Part shown: positions 48,970 to 59,269 of the stretch, piece after piece
Numbering within the stretch: position 1 is the first letter of the stretch
Layout of the letters: the number at the start of each line of letters is the position of its first letter
NCBI GenBank assembly: GCA_963850305.1
Contig: CAWKKR010000001.1
Coordinates: 64,001 to 128,000, forward strand
Direction: 5' to 3'
From: an uncultured delta proteobacterium
GTDB taxonomy: Bacteria; Myxococcota_A; Polyangia; Polyangiales; Polyangiaceae
Length of the DNA: 64,000 nt
Notes under the pieces: model-generated
Databases searched by the model: none
What the model was told of the DNA's origin: nothing
What the model saw: the letters and a program-made list of their open reading frames with translations, nothing else
Program-made: the position numbers and the translations under genes

Positions 48970-51230
48970 TGCGCCGGGCCTCCCAGCAGCGGCTGCGCCC
49001 ACCAGACGACGGGCCCCGTTGGCTTCCTGAGAGCCCGCAAACGGGGCGGCAGTCTGTCACGCGCGTCCCGAACGAGTTCTTCTCCCCGAGCTTGCCCTAG
49101 TGCACGCGTCGCGACGGCGGTCGCGTCTGCGTCGAGACCTGCAGCGACGAGCAAGTCGACGTAGAGCGGGCCGATGCCGGGAAGGTCCCGCCCTGCATCA
49201 ACCAATGGCTTGAGCTCGCGCAGAGAACGAAGGTAAGCACCGAGTTCGAGAAACCCCTCGGCGCGAAGAAGACGAGCCTGTCCGTCATCCGCTTCGCCGC
49301 GCGCTCCGCGAAAGAACATTTCGGCCCGATCGAGCCGTCGGCGCTCGGCGGCGATCGCCTCTTCGGGGTAACGAAATGGGAGCTTCGCTCCGATGGCTGA
49401 AAGCCAGGCATCAGCCGCCTTGAACTCGCCCAGCCGCGCGTAAGTTAGCGCGACGTTCTGAGCGTTCGGGAGGACCTCTAGGTCATCGTCGTCGTTCACC
49501 ATGGAGAGCAGTCTTCGAGCGCGAGCGTCGTCGCCAAGCCGACTTGCCAATAGCGCCGTTTCCGCGGCGAGAAACTCCCTGGCGCGGTTTTGCAGGGCAT
49601 CAGCTTGCGCCTGTCGGCTGACGCGGCGGCCGACCCTCAGCCCGCCGACACGGGTTACCTCCGGCGGGGGCCGATCGTCGATCAACGCGTTCAGTTCCCG
49701 GTAGATCACTTCGAGATCGCGCAAATTGCCATCAGCGGTTCGCGCCACCTGCAGATCCAGCAACCGGAAATAATCCTGATAATCGATCCAGTCCGGCATG
49801 AGGAGCGCGTACTTCCTGCTCTCTGGACGCGACGCGAGCAGGAGCAAATCGAATGCCTGGTCGATTTGCCCCTTCTTGGCGCTCTCTTCGCTAAGGGCCT
49901 TCAGGACGAACGGATTGTCGGGGTTAATGCTGAGTTCATGCAAGTAGATGGAGTCTTGATCCTTGTAGTCGAAGGTCCGACGCGTGCAGACGGCGCCGTA
50001 GAACGTGAGGAGCGCGACGAACGCCGCTCGCGCCCGTGGGGATGCCGCGACTACTGCCAGAGGCTCTCTGGCGAGGCGGGCGATGGCGGAGAGGAACAAG
50101 AAGAGAGGCAGATAAAGAAAGTGATCGGACGTCGTGACGAAGATGCCCGTATAGGTGAAATTGAGAAGCGGACCGAGGGCGGCTGCTGCAGCGACGAAGA
50201 GGATTGCCGCCGGCCGATCTCGCCGAAATGCGACCACGGTGACGCCCAGGTACGCGACGGCCGCGATGACCCCACCGACGACGAGCGGTGTCGGAAAAAT
50301 GAAGTTGCCGTGCGACGCGACGAGGGGGCGATAGAAGAATGTCTGGGGCAGCGGCCAGATGACTCGTTCGAGATACGCGAAAATCGTCAAGAAGCCGTAC
50401 TTGGGGGTGAGGATGAGGTGATCTTTGGGGCGTACTGGAAAGACGAATATCCGCAGCGCGACGTAAAGGAGCGCCATCCCGGTCTGAATGACGAAACCGG
50501 GAAGAAATCGCCGACGCGACTCCCGATCCGCCGCCGCCACGTCCGGAGCCAGCATGAACGGCAACATGGCCGACGTCTCCTTGCAGAGCAGGGCCGCAAC
50601 GAAGCTGACGGCGGATGCCGCGATCAGCCTGCCCCGAGCCGCGCCTTCGCGTCGGGCGGCCCGATAGGAGAGTTCGACGCAGCCGAGCAAAAAGAACGTC
50701 ATCAGTACGTCCGTTCGCCCCGCGATCCAGATCACGCTCTCCGTGCGCGACGGATGGAGCGCGAAAAGTGCGCCGACCGCCACCGCGAGCGACGTGCGCC
50801 CCGTCCATCGACGTGCGACGACCACCACAAGAACGGTCGTCAGCGCGTGAAAGACGATATTGAAGAGGTGGTAAAAGGAGGGTCTGTCGCCGACGATCGC
50901 CCAGTTCACGAGGTAGCTCACCGTGACCAGCGGCCGGTAATAGAGGGACCACCCGCTGCCGCGGTCGTCGAGCTGCCAGAAATAGTGGGTGAAGGCGCGC
51001 CCGACGTAGGACAGCCCGTGCGCGTACGGGTTGTCGCGGATGAGGAGGAGATCGTCATAGACGAACCCCGCGGCCAGGCTTGGAAGAAAGCACAGGAACG
51101 CAAGCAGCCCGACCTCGAACGCCGGACGGTCGGGGCGGTCGCGCGTGATGAGGACAGGCACAGCAACGGACGGGCGCACCGATTCCATTTTTTGAGGAGA
51201 CGCTACTTGAGAGACCGCGCTCGCTTGCAT
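48966..51230 (-). CDS. TMTC-like GT-C glycosyltransferase with C-terminal TPRs
   Basis: GFVYDD, YYRPL, H..N...H, LFALHP..TESV.WI.GR, CKE, H.LYLP, then TPR-like helices. Start is 51230 or 51188. Confidence 0.8.
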   Translation of the reverse strand: MQASAVSQVASPQKMESVRPSVAVPVLITRDRPDRPAFEVGLLAFLCFLPSLAAGFVYDDLLLIRDNPYAHGLSYVGRAFTHYFWQLDDRGSGWSLYYRPLVTVSYLVNWAIVGDRPSFYHLFNIVFHALTTVLVVVVARRWTGRTSLAVAVGALFALHPSRTESVIWIAGRTDVLMTFFLLGCVELSYRAARREGAARGRLIAASAVSFVAALLCKETSAMLPFMLAPDVAAADRESRRRFLPGFVIQTGMALLYVALRIFVFPVRPKDHLILTPKYGFLTIFAYLERVIWPLPQTFFYRPLVASHGNFIFPTPLVVGGVIAAVAYLGVTVVAFRRDRPAAILFVAAAAALGPLLNFTYTGIFVTTSDHFLYLPLFLFLSAIARLAREPLAVVAASPRARAAFVALLTFYGAVCTRRTFDYKDQDSIYLHELSINPDNPFVLKALSEESAKKGQIDQAFDLLLLASRPESRKYALLMPDWIDYQDYFRLLDLQVARTADGNLRDLEVIYRELNALIDDRPPPEVTRVGGLRVGRRVSRQAQADALQNRAREFLAAETALLASRLGDDARARRLLSMVNDDDDLEVLPNAQNVALTYARLGEFKAADAWLSAIGAKLPFRYPEEAIAAERRRLDRAEMFFRGARGEADDGQARLLRAEGFLELGAYLRSLRELKPLVDAGRDLPGIGPLYVDLLVAAGLDADATAVATRALGQARGEELVRDARDRLPPRLRALRKPTGPVVWWAQPLLGGPAQ

Positions 51231-51299
51231 GCTTGCCCAGTTTGCGGGAGCGGCAAAGCCGAAAACCAAGTGGCAACGCCGGCGCCTGCAGAACCTGGT

Positions 51300-51848
51300 A
51301 TGATGATGCGGTTGGACCTCGCCGCGACCTGCATCTCGCAGATTCAGGAGGAGTTTCCCGAATTCAGGATCGTGCCTAAAGCCGGCAACGGGTTTTCCCG
51401 GGCCATCGACAACCTCCTCAAGCTCGTCACGGCCGGCGGGCAGCGTCGCTACCTGACGCACTACCACACGGCCATTGGTTACACCCTTTACGTTCCGACA
51501 TCATGGGGTTCCTCGAGCGATATCGATCGGGTCATTCTGCTTCGGCACGAGCGAGTTCACCTGCGCCAGCGTCGGCGCCTGGGGATGCCCTTGATGGTCT
51601 TCCTGTACCTGGTGCCGTTCTGCCCGCTCGGCCTGGCGTACGGACGGGCGCGGATGGAATGGGAGGCGTACGAGGAGACTCTCCGAGCGACGGCCGAGTT
51701 CTATGGGACCGCGGCTGCACGCGGCCTGAGGGAAGCGCTCGTCCAGCGTTTCACCGGACCAGACTACGGGTGGATGTGGCCGTTCCGAAGAACGGTGGAG
51801 CGCTGGTTCGAAACGACGATGCGCGCCATCGAGCGGAGCACGCCGTGA
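51300..51848 (+). CDS. small HExxH (zincin-like) protein
   Basis: YHTAIG, LRHERVH, hydrophobic segment, EWEAY. Only the last 182 aa of ORF 49590..51848 look coding. Confidence 0.75.
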   Translation: MMMRLDLAATCISQIQEEFPEFRIVPKAGNGFSRAIDNLLKLVTAGGQRRYLTHYHTAIGYTLYVPTSWGSSSDIDRVILLRHERVHLRQRRRLGMPLMVFLYLVPFCPLGLAYGRARMEWEAYEETLRATAEFYGTAAARGLREALVQRFTGPDYGWMWPFRRTVERWFETTMRAIERSTP

Positions 51849-51863
51849 ACCGGGGCATGTAGG

Positions 51864-54572
51864 GTGGCCGTCGTCGGCATCGACCTTGGAACGACGAACA
51901 CCGTGGTCGGCATTGCCCGCGACGGACAGGTCAGGGCCATCCGCGATCCGGATGGCGAATATCTCATCCCTTCGGTCGTCTCGTTTCATCCGTCCGGCAA
52001 CATCCTGGTCGGACGCGCCGCAAAAGAACGTCGTGTCATAGACGCCGCGAACACCATTTATTCGATCAAGAGGCTCATCGGACGCAGCTGGAACTCAGAA
52101 GAGGTTGCGCATGCACGCGCACGCTTCCCGTTCGAAATGCGGGAGGGGCCGGGTCAGGCAGCGCTGGTCGTGGCGCGCACGGAGACGTTCACTTTGCCGG
52201 AGATCAGCGCCTTCGTCCTTCGGCATGCCAAGGCAGTCGCCGAAAAGAGCCTGGGCGAGCCCGTGGAACGCGCGGTCATCACGGTTCCCGCAAACTTCAA
52301 CGATCTCCAACGAGCGGCAACCAAGGTTGCCGGACGCGTCGCCGGACTCGAAGTCTTGAGAATCCTGAACGAACCCACGGCCGCCGCGCTGGCGTACGGA
52401 TACGGCAAGGGGAAAGGCGAGCGCATAGCAATCTACGACTTCGGAGGGGGCACCTTCGACGTCACCTTGCTGGATCTGTCAGGGAACGTTTTCGAAGTTT
52501 TGGCCACAGCCGGCAACACGTTCCTCGGCGGCGACGACGTCGACGTCGCGATCGCGGAGCGCATGGCTAACTCGTGTCTCGAGCGGCATCGCGTGGACGC
52601 GCGGGCGGATGCTCAGATCTTCGAACGTCTTCGCTACTACGCCGAGCAACTCAAGGTGGAGCTCTCGTCCGCGACCGAAGCGACCATCGACGTACCGGAT
52701 ATTGGTCACGACGCGAGCGGCAGGCCGATCCGGTTTTCGTTTGCGATGACTCGCGCCGAGCTCGATGCCCTCGCCGAGCCGATGGTGGCTCGCACGTTCG
52801 AAGTCTGCCAGGAGGCCATGAGCGTGGCGCGGCTCACACCAGAAAAGTTCGATCAGGTGGTCTTGGTGGGAGGTTCGACTCGTTTGCCGATAGTACGCCA
52901 CCGCGTTCTCGAACATTTCCACCGCGAGCCTCTCGACCGGATCAACCCAGACGAGGTCGTCGCAATCGGGGCCGCGATCCAGGCGAACGCACTCACCGGG
53001 CAGGAAAAGCGACGGAGTGTCATTCCGCGACCGCCCATGCCGGCCGCCCGCGCCGGCGATGACCGAAAGTCGCAGCCGCCGGCACGAGCCCGAAGCACCA
53101 ATCCCTTCTCGCCGAGTCCGCAGGGGCTCGCCCGGCCGAGCGACGCCAAGGTCGACGACCCGAGCGCGGGTCAACGCCGTCGGGTGATCACGGGCATGGG
53201 GCTAGGGCCTTCTCGTTCGTCGCGACCCCCGCCGTTGCCGGAGCGGAAGGGCGCGTCGAAGAAAAGAGGAGGGACGTGGGGCGGAGTCGGTGGCCCTTCC
53301 CCGTCCTTGCCCAAGCCCGGACAGACACTGCCAGAAGGGAGCGGCCATCGAGCGCCGACCTTCGACGAGGACCGGAAGTCGGAAGGGCTGCGGCGCACGA
53401 TTAGCTCGCGACCTGGCGCGCTCGACGAGCCCGGAAAGCCGATTAGCTCGCGACCCGACGCGCACGAGGCGCCGCGGAAACGCATGGGGTCGAGGCCCGA
53501 TGCGACGGAGTCAAGGTTCGACCTCGCCGACGAGCCGCTCACTGCCCCGATCGATCGGGGATTCGATCTCCCGACCCCTACCGTCCCGATACTTCCGGAC
53601 GACGAGATGACGACGGTCGGCTCGGCGCCGTTGGGCGGTGTCAATCACGAGGCGCCGACGCTCGATGGTTCCTGGGGTGCCGTCCCCGAGGAAGACGGCA
53701 GCGACGACGAGGTGACGTCGGCCGACCTACGGTTCGACAAGCTGCGACTACCCGCCCTGCCGCCGGCCAAGACGGACCTAGGTGGAACGCGCGTAGGCCT
53801 CGCGCCTCCGATCGAGGTCACGAGCCCGAAGGCTGGCGCGAGCGCAACTCCGCGCGGAGCTTCGGAGACGAACGGGGTCGACGACCAACCCAAAGCGGGC
53901 AGCCAAGGGCCGATAGGGGTACCGAGCCGACCCCATCCGACACGGAGCGGCCCGGCAGCGAACGAGCCTCCTGCGGATCTCGGCTTCGCACGCACCACCA
54001 TGCCGGAGACGCCACTCATCGCGAGGGGGCAGGCGGCTCTGCCGGTGAAGCCGCCGCTGGAACCCCGGATTGAACGAAACGCTGCGACGTTCACGTCTGC
54101 GACTCCCGACGCGCACCGGTTGTCCTTTTCCGAGGCGCCTGTCTCGCCAAGGCCCGTGCTACCGCTTCTCGTCGACGTTACTCCCCTCAGTCTGTGCGTG
54201 GAGACGGTACGCGGCTTTCATGACGTTATCATCGCGCGCAATACGCCCGTTCCCTGCGAACAGTCTCGCACCTTCGTCACGGCAACACACGGCCAAGAGA
54301 CGGTCCTCGTCCGCGTTGGCCAGGGAGAGGGCTCGCGTTTCGCGGAGAACACGCTCCTGGGCGAGGTGGAACTCTCCGGCCTCAGGCAGGCGACGCGCGG
54401 TGAAGTGCACATCGTCGTGACGTTCTCCCTCGACACCGACGGCGTGCTGAACGTGAAGGCAGCCGACGCCGAGACCGGCAAGGCCGCAACCGCACGCCTG
54501 AAGTTGGTCGGGCTGCCCGATGCGGAAGAAGTGGGCCGCATGACCGCACGCCACCTGCAGCGAACGCTATGA
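51864..54572 (+). CDS. Hsp70-family protein with large disordered insertion between NBD and SBD
   Basis: [37 protein letters not shown], then about 385 aa of Pro/Arg/Asp-rich insert, [10 protein letters not shown] and SBD-beta; essentially no lid. Confidence 0.9.
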   Translation: MAVVGIDLGTTNTVVGIARDGQVRAIRDPDGEYLIPSVVSFHPSGNILVGRAAKERRVIDAANTIYSIKRLIGRSWNSEEVAHARARFPFEMREGPGQAALVVARTETFTLPEISAFVLRHAKAVAEKSLGEPVERAVITVPANFNDLQRAATKVAGRVAGLEVLRILNEPTAAALAYGYGKGKGERIAIYDFGGGTFDVTLLDLSGNVFEVLATAGNTFLGGDDVDVAIAERMANSCLERHRVDARADAQIFERLRYYAEQLKVELSSATEATIDVPDIGHDASGRPIRFSFAMTRAELDALAEPMVARTFEVCQEAMSVARLTPEKFDQVVLVGGSTRLPIVRHRVLEHFHREPLDRINPDEVVAIGAAIQANALTGQEKRRSVIPRPPMPAARAGDDRKSQPPARARSTNPFSPSPQGLARPSDAKVDDPSAGQRRRVITGMGLGPSRSSRPPPLPERKGASKKRGGTWGGVGGPSPSLPKPGQTLPEGSGHRAPTFDEDRKSEGLRRTISSRPGALDEPGKPISSRPDAHEAPRKRMGSRPDATESRFDLADEPLTAPIDRGFDLPTPTVPILPDDEMTTVGSAPLGGVNHEAPTLDGSWGAVPEEDGSDDEVTSADLRFDKLRLPALPPAKTDLGGTRVGLAPPIEVTSPKAGASATPRGASETNGVDDQPKAGSQGPIGVPSRPHPTRSGPAANEPPADLGFARTTMPETPLIARGQAALPVKPPLEPRIERNAATFTSATPDAHRLSFSEAPVSPRPVLPLLVDVTPLSLCVETVRGFHDVIIARNTPVPCEQSRTFVTATHGQETVLVRVGQGEGSRFAENTLLGEVELSGLRQATRGEVHIVVTFSLDTDGVLNVKAADAETGKAATARLKLVGLPDAEEVGRMTARHLQRTL

Positions 54573-55109
54573 GCACGGCGAAAGAAGAGCTAGAACGCCT
54601 GAGAGCGTGGGCCGAGGTGCTCGACGACTCGAGCTACTACGAATTGCTCGGCGTGCTCGACCTCGCTGATGGGGACGCCATCAAGACCGCGTTTCACGAG
54701 TTCGCCCTCGCGTTTCATCCGGACATTCACGTCGGGGGAACCGAGGAGACCAAGCACGTTGCCCGATGCGTTTTCCGGCGCGGAGCGGAAGCCTACCGCG
54801 TGCTGTCCGATCCGGCGCTCCGAGCCGAAATACGATCTCGCGCTCGCCGGAGGGTACTTGAGGCTCGTGGCCGGCGAACCGACGAGCCGCGCGCACGGCA
54901 AGGTCGCTCTCCAGTCGCTCGAAGACATTTGTAAAACTCCGGCGGCAAGGTCGTCGGCCAGGCGAGCTGACGACCTCATCGGGCAGGGGCGGCTTTCCGA
55001 AGCCCGGGCGGTGCTCAAGGACGCGCTCAGCCAGGAGGGTTATGAGAATCCGATCTTGGAGGACCGCATCGAGGCGCTCGACCTAGCGATCTTTGCGACC
55101 GGCGGCTAG
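54569..55109 (+). CDS. J-domain protein with C-terminal TPR-like helices; +1 frameshift at about 54829
   Basis: SYYELLGV...IKTAF...FHPD...[13 protein letters not shown], then extra A, then YDLAL continuing in ORF 54669..55109. Confidence 0.8.
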
Positions 55110-55377
55110 CGCATTGCGTTATACTCAACGGTTTGCGGACCTGGCACCCAAAGGCCGGGTTACCGGCTTCGGTCGCTACGCCCCCTCATTAAGGCACTGA
55201 TATAATTATATATTTTCATGCTGGAAAAGCAGGCTTCTGCGACAGAAGAGAAGAAGGGCGCGAGCACCGAGGCGCGAGCATGATAGACCGGCACTTCACT
55301 TAGAATGTAATCTGCATTCGGGTCCTGTTGAACGATCGCCCCGTTCGAGCTCGGACGGGCTTTGACCAAGGGTCGCT

Positions 55378-56730
55378 GTGAAGCTCTCCTGCCCCTCCTG
55401 TGCCGCCAAGTACTCCATCGCCGACGAGAAGGTTCAAGACCGACTCGCGAAGATTCGCTGCCGAAAGTGCAGCGCGACGATCATCGTCGACGGAAAAGTG
55501 GATCCGCCCAACGTCTACACTTCGGACACCGGCGCGGCTCCCGCTGCTGACTACGGGGACGGCGGCAACGACACCGGTGCCGGCGAATACTCGGTCGACT
55601 TCGGCGACAACGATCAGCGGTCGATGAGTCTCGACGACATCGTGCGCGCGTATCGCCGCGGGGAAATAACCGCGGACATGTACGTCTGGGCCGAAGGCAT
55701 GAGCGACTGGACGCCGATCTCGTCGGTGCCTGACATCATGGACGCACTCGGCGGCGGCGCACCCACCGCGGCAGCTCGGCAGGCCGCGCGCACCGGTGCC
55801 GGACGAGGCTCGGCGACCGATCTCTTCGGCGGAATCGATCGCGCGGGCAGTGAGGAAGACGTCATGACCAGCGCGCCGCACGGGCAAGCGGCGGCCGGCC
55901 TGGCCACTGGTGCACGGAACGAGTCGTCGGTGCTCTTCTCGCTGAGCGCGCTCACGGCGTCGGCACCCGCAGCGACGGCGCCCGCGCGCAGTGCCGTCGC
56001 GTCGGACGTCAAGGGTGACGACTCGGGCTTGATCGATCTCAAGGCACTCACCTCCACCGTCGGGAGCCAGCCGCCCCCCGGCCCGCTCGGGCTCGGCTCG
56101 GCGCCACTCGGACTCGGAGCGGCACCGCTCGGCATGGCCGCCCCGCTGGGCGGCATGACTGCGCCCGCCATGGCCGTCGACGGTCCGCTTCCAAGACCAC
56201 AGAGCAGCAAGACCGGTCTCTACATCGGGGGCGCGCTCGTCATTGTCGGCGCGCTCATTGCGGGCGCGATCGTCCTCAAACCGAGGGACGTCCCGAGCGC
56301 CGCAGCACCCCCTCCTGCCACAGCGCCCGTGGCCGTTGCGGCGACGGCGGCGCCCACGACCGAAGCCAAGAAAGACGAACCCACCGCCCAGCCTCCGGCA
56401 ACGGGCACCGCAGCAGTTGCCGACGCCCCCAAGGAGACCGCCGCGAAAGTGGCCGCCGCACCGTCGCATCACGCGCACTACGAGGGCAGGCCGCATTCCA
56501 GCGGGAGCAGCAAGAGTTCCGAGAGTTCATCGGGAAGCAGCAAGAGTTCCGAAACCTCGGGCTCCTCAAGTGGATCATCTGCCGCGTTCTCGGGCGGTTC
56601 GAACACGAGCGCGTCGAGCGGCAGTTCGGATTCGAGCGGTGGCGAGAAGAAGCACCACAAGAAGAAGGAAAAGAGCTGCAATTGCTCTCCTGGCGACCTC
56701 ATGTGCGCCATGCAGTGTGCGGCCAACTGA
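55378..56730 (+). CDS. GltJ/AgmX-like protein: zinc ribbon, GYF_2, TM, Ser-rich linker, Cys tail
   Basis: CPSCAAKY.I.DEK....K.RCRKC; TADMYVWAEGMSDW GYF_2; RNESSVLFSL and DSGLIDL motifs; TM helix; terminal CNCSPGDLMCAMQC. Confidence 0.8.
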   Translation: MKLSCPSCAAKYSIADEKVQDRLAKIRCRKCSATIIVDGKVDPPNVYTSDTGAAPAADYGDGGNDTGAGEYSVDFGDNDQRSMSLDDIVRAYRRGEITADMYVWAEGMSDWTPISSVPDIMDALGGGAPTAAARQAARTGAGRGSATDLFGGIDRAGSEEDVMTSAPHGQAAAGLATGARNESSVLFSLSALTASAPAATAPARSAVASDVKGDDSGLIDLKALTSTVGSQPPPGPLGLGSAPLGLGAAPLGMAAPLGGMTAPAMAVDGPLPRPQSSKTGLYIGGALVIVGALIAGAIVLKPRDVPSAAAPPPATAPVAVAATAAPTTEAKKDEPTAQPPATGTAAVADAPKETAAKVAAAPSHHAHYEGRPHSSGSSKSSESSSGSSKSSETSGSSSGSSAAFSGGSNTSASSGSSDSSGGEKKHHKKKEKSCNCSPGDLMCAMQCAAN

Positions 56731-56746
56731 AGTCCTTCAGCTCAGC

Positions 56747-59197
56747 TCAGAACGCGAGCGGCGCTGGAACCGCCAGCCGAACGGGTCCGGCTGGCGCCGC
56801 GAATTCGTAAACGCTGCCTCGACGATCGGTGAGACCGAGTCGCACGAACCCGTCGGCACGAACGAGGGCGAAAGGAGCGAGCGGCGCCGGCTCGGATTCG
56901 CCCTCCGGGACGACATAAACGCTCAGGGGCGCAAACTTGGATGGTAGCGGGGCGCTCGAATCCGCGCAGTACGCCGCGACGGATGTCGTGCCCTCCTCGA
57001 CGGCGCATCGCGAAAGCGCGGCCGCATCTTGCCGGACATCGAGAGACGGAACGGTGTGGATCAATCGAGCCGCTTCTCGTCGGACGAGGACGGCTGGGTC
57101 GCGTGCGAGCAGCGAGCGTTCCGCGGATGGACATCGCGATCGTGACGCGAGAAGCCCCGCGAGGGCGTTCACGCGCACGTACTCCCGATCCGAATCCAGC
57201 GACGCGCATAGTTGCTTCGTGACGGGGACTCCGCGGGCGCCCAGACGTCCGAGCGAAGCTGCGGAATCTCCGCCCACGGCGACATTGGTGTCGAAAAGCA
57301 AGCTCGCGATGAGGGGCACTTGCTCGGCGCCCCCAGCAGCTCCGAGCGACCAGACAGCGTTGGCGCGCACCGATGCATCGTTATCCCGGGCCAGCAGGAG
57401 GAGAGTCGTCAGCGCTTCCGGATGAGCGGCGAGCGCCTCCGCGATCTTCGCGCGCGTCGGAGTATCGGCCCCGGGAAGCAGTCGGATGAGTGCGTCGCTT
57501 CCGAGCGCACCCCCGACGGCTCCCAGCGCCTCGATCAACGCATCTGCATCTGCTCCGGTCGCAACAGGGATGAGGGAAAGGGCCCGATTCACGACGCGGC
57601 GGTCCTCCGTGGCGGACAGAGCGCCGACGAGCGCGACGCCGATCGCACCTCGATCCTGGTCGGCGGAACGCTCGAAGCGATCCAGCAGAAGACCCGCTGT
57701 GGCCGCCGACGCAGTCCGCCGCAGGGATAGCGCGGCGGCGCGTCGAACCGCAGCGTGTTCGTCGTCAAGAGCAGCAAGCAAGGGAGCATCCTGCCCGGAC
57801 CGACCGAGAAACCCCAGCGCCTGAATGGCGACGAGCCGGAGCGAAGTATCCGTCGCGTCGCGTGTCAGTGCGGAAAGGACGGGGATCGCCCGAGGTGAAC
57901 CCGTCCGCCCGAGGAGCGCGACGAGCGAGGCTCGCTCCGCGCGACGCGCGTGGGCGGCGTCTAGCGCCCGAAGAATGGGCTCCACGGCACGTCCGTCCGG
58001 GACCTCCGGCTCGAGAAGCGCCGTGGCGGCGTCGACGGCCGCGTGCCGTACGCGCGGGTCGTCCGAGCGGAGGGACTCGAGCACGAGACCGAGTTCCCTC
58101 GAATCACGCGAGCGGCCGATCGCATCGAGAGCAATCTCGGTTTTCACGGCGCCGCGCCGCAGGCCGTCGGCGACCGCGTCGACTGCAGCCTGTGTTCCGA
58201 TCTCGCCCAAGGCGAGCACGCATCCATCCGTCCGATCGAACGCCGATCGAACTCGAACGCATTCGATCAGAGTCGGCACGGCCCGGTCCCCGGCATGCAC
58301 GAGAGCCGCCCGACCCGGCGATGCCGCGCGCGGATCGTCCCCTCGAAGCGTTTGCACCAGAGCATCGAGCCCCGCTTGTGACGGGATGCTGCCGAGTGCC
58401 GCCAGCGCAGCCTGACGGACGAGTGGCCGCCGCTCCTCCGCGAGGAGCGCAACGATGGTGCCCACGGCTTCCTCGGCATGCAGGCGACTTAGCGCCGTCA
58501 GCACGGCGATGCGCACGTTCTCGTCGGGGTCGCGTAACATGAGGGTCAGCGCACTCGCAGCACGCGCATCCCCGAGTTCGCCAAGTGCCATCGCGACGCT
58601 CCGGCGCACGCCAGGTCTTGGGTCCTGACTCTTCCCAACGAGGGGGACGACAGCTCCGAGATCCCCGATACGCGCGAGCGCGGTGGTCACGGCCTCGCGA
58701 ACGTCCGCGTCGGTGTCGTCGAGGCGCCCCAGTAGAGGCACCACCGCACTCTTTGCGCCGGATGCCCCGAGCGCGCGAGCGGCGGCGACGCGAACGGAGG
58801 GCTCTTGGTCGCCGAGAATTCTTCCGAGCGCGCCTACGGCGTCATTCACTGGATCGCGAGCCAGGGCGGCGGCGGCGGCGCGGCGGATGCGGGCATCGGG
58901 ATCGCCCAACCACGAAATGACACGCCGTCCGAGTCCATCGACCCGATCTTCGATGAGCGCGTCGAGCGCTGCGATACGAACGTCGGGATCCGGATCATCG
59001 AGGGCCGGCAACGCGATGCGCCGGAGCGACGCCCGAGGCATCGCGCTGAGCCTCCGCGCGGCGTTCCGTCGCACCCCGACATCTGGCGCGGACAGATCAC
59101 GAGCGGTCGCATCGATGGTGCTCGGCCAGACGAATGCCTCCGCCCCTGGAGCTCCCAGGCAGACCGCGACGATCAAACTCGAGAGCACAAGACGCAT
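56747..59197 (-). CDS. exported HEAT/PBS-lyase repeat protein
   Basis: Signal peptide ending AEA|F, followed by more than 15 repeats of the LxDxDxxVRxxAAxALGxIG type. Confidence 0.88.
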   Translation of the reverse strand: MRLVLSSLIVAVCLGAPGAEAFVWPSTIDATARDLSAPDVGVRRNAARRLSAMPRASLRRIALPALDDPDPDVRIAALDALIEDRVDGLGRRVISWLGDPDARIRRAAAAALARDPVNDAVGALGRILGDQEPSVRVAAARALGASGAKSAVVPLLGRLDDTDADVREAVTTALARIGDLGAVVPLVGKSQDPRPGVRRSVAMALGELGDARAASALTLMLRDPDENVRIAVLTALSRLHAEEAVGTIVALLAEERRPLVRQAALAALGSIPSQAGLDALVQTLRGDDPRAASPGRAALVHAGDRAVPTLIECVRVRSAFDRTDGCVLALGEIGTQAAVDAVADGLRRGAVKTEIALDAIGRSRDSRELGLVLESLRSDDPRVRHAAVDAATALLEPEVPDGRAVEPILRALDAAHARRAERASLVALLGRTGSPRAIPVLSALTRDATDTSLRLVAIQALGFLGRSGQDAPLLAALDDEHAAVRRAAALSLRRTASAATAGLLLDRFERSADQDRGAIGVALVGALSATEDRRVVNRALSLIPVATGADADALIEALGAVGGALGSDALIRLLPGADTPTRAKIAEALAAHPEALTTLLLLARDNDASVRANAVWSLGAAGGAEQVPLIASLLFDTNVAVGGDSAASLGRLGARGVPVTKQLCASLDSDREYVRVNALAGLLASRSRCPSAERSLLARDPAVLVRREAARLIHTVPSLDVRQDAAALSRCAVEEGTTSVAAYCADSSAPLPSKFAPLSVYVVPEGESEPAPLAPFALVRADGFVRLGLTDRRGSVYEFAAPAGPVRLAVPAPLAF

Positions 59198-59269
59198 GCG
59201 CCACGGAGCTTACATCACCACGCGGCGCGCGCTCCTCCTGCGCGCAGACGATGGCCCCGCGAGGCACCG

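Noticed and set aside
49590..51299. First ~570 aa of the 752-aa + strand ORF
   Set aside because: Antisense shadow of the TMTC-like gene. Only the part from ATG51300 looks like a real protein.
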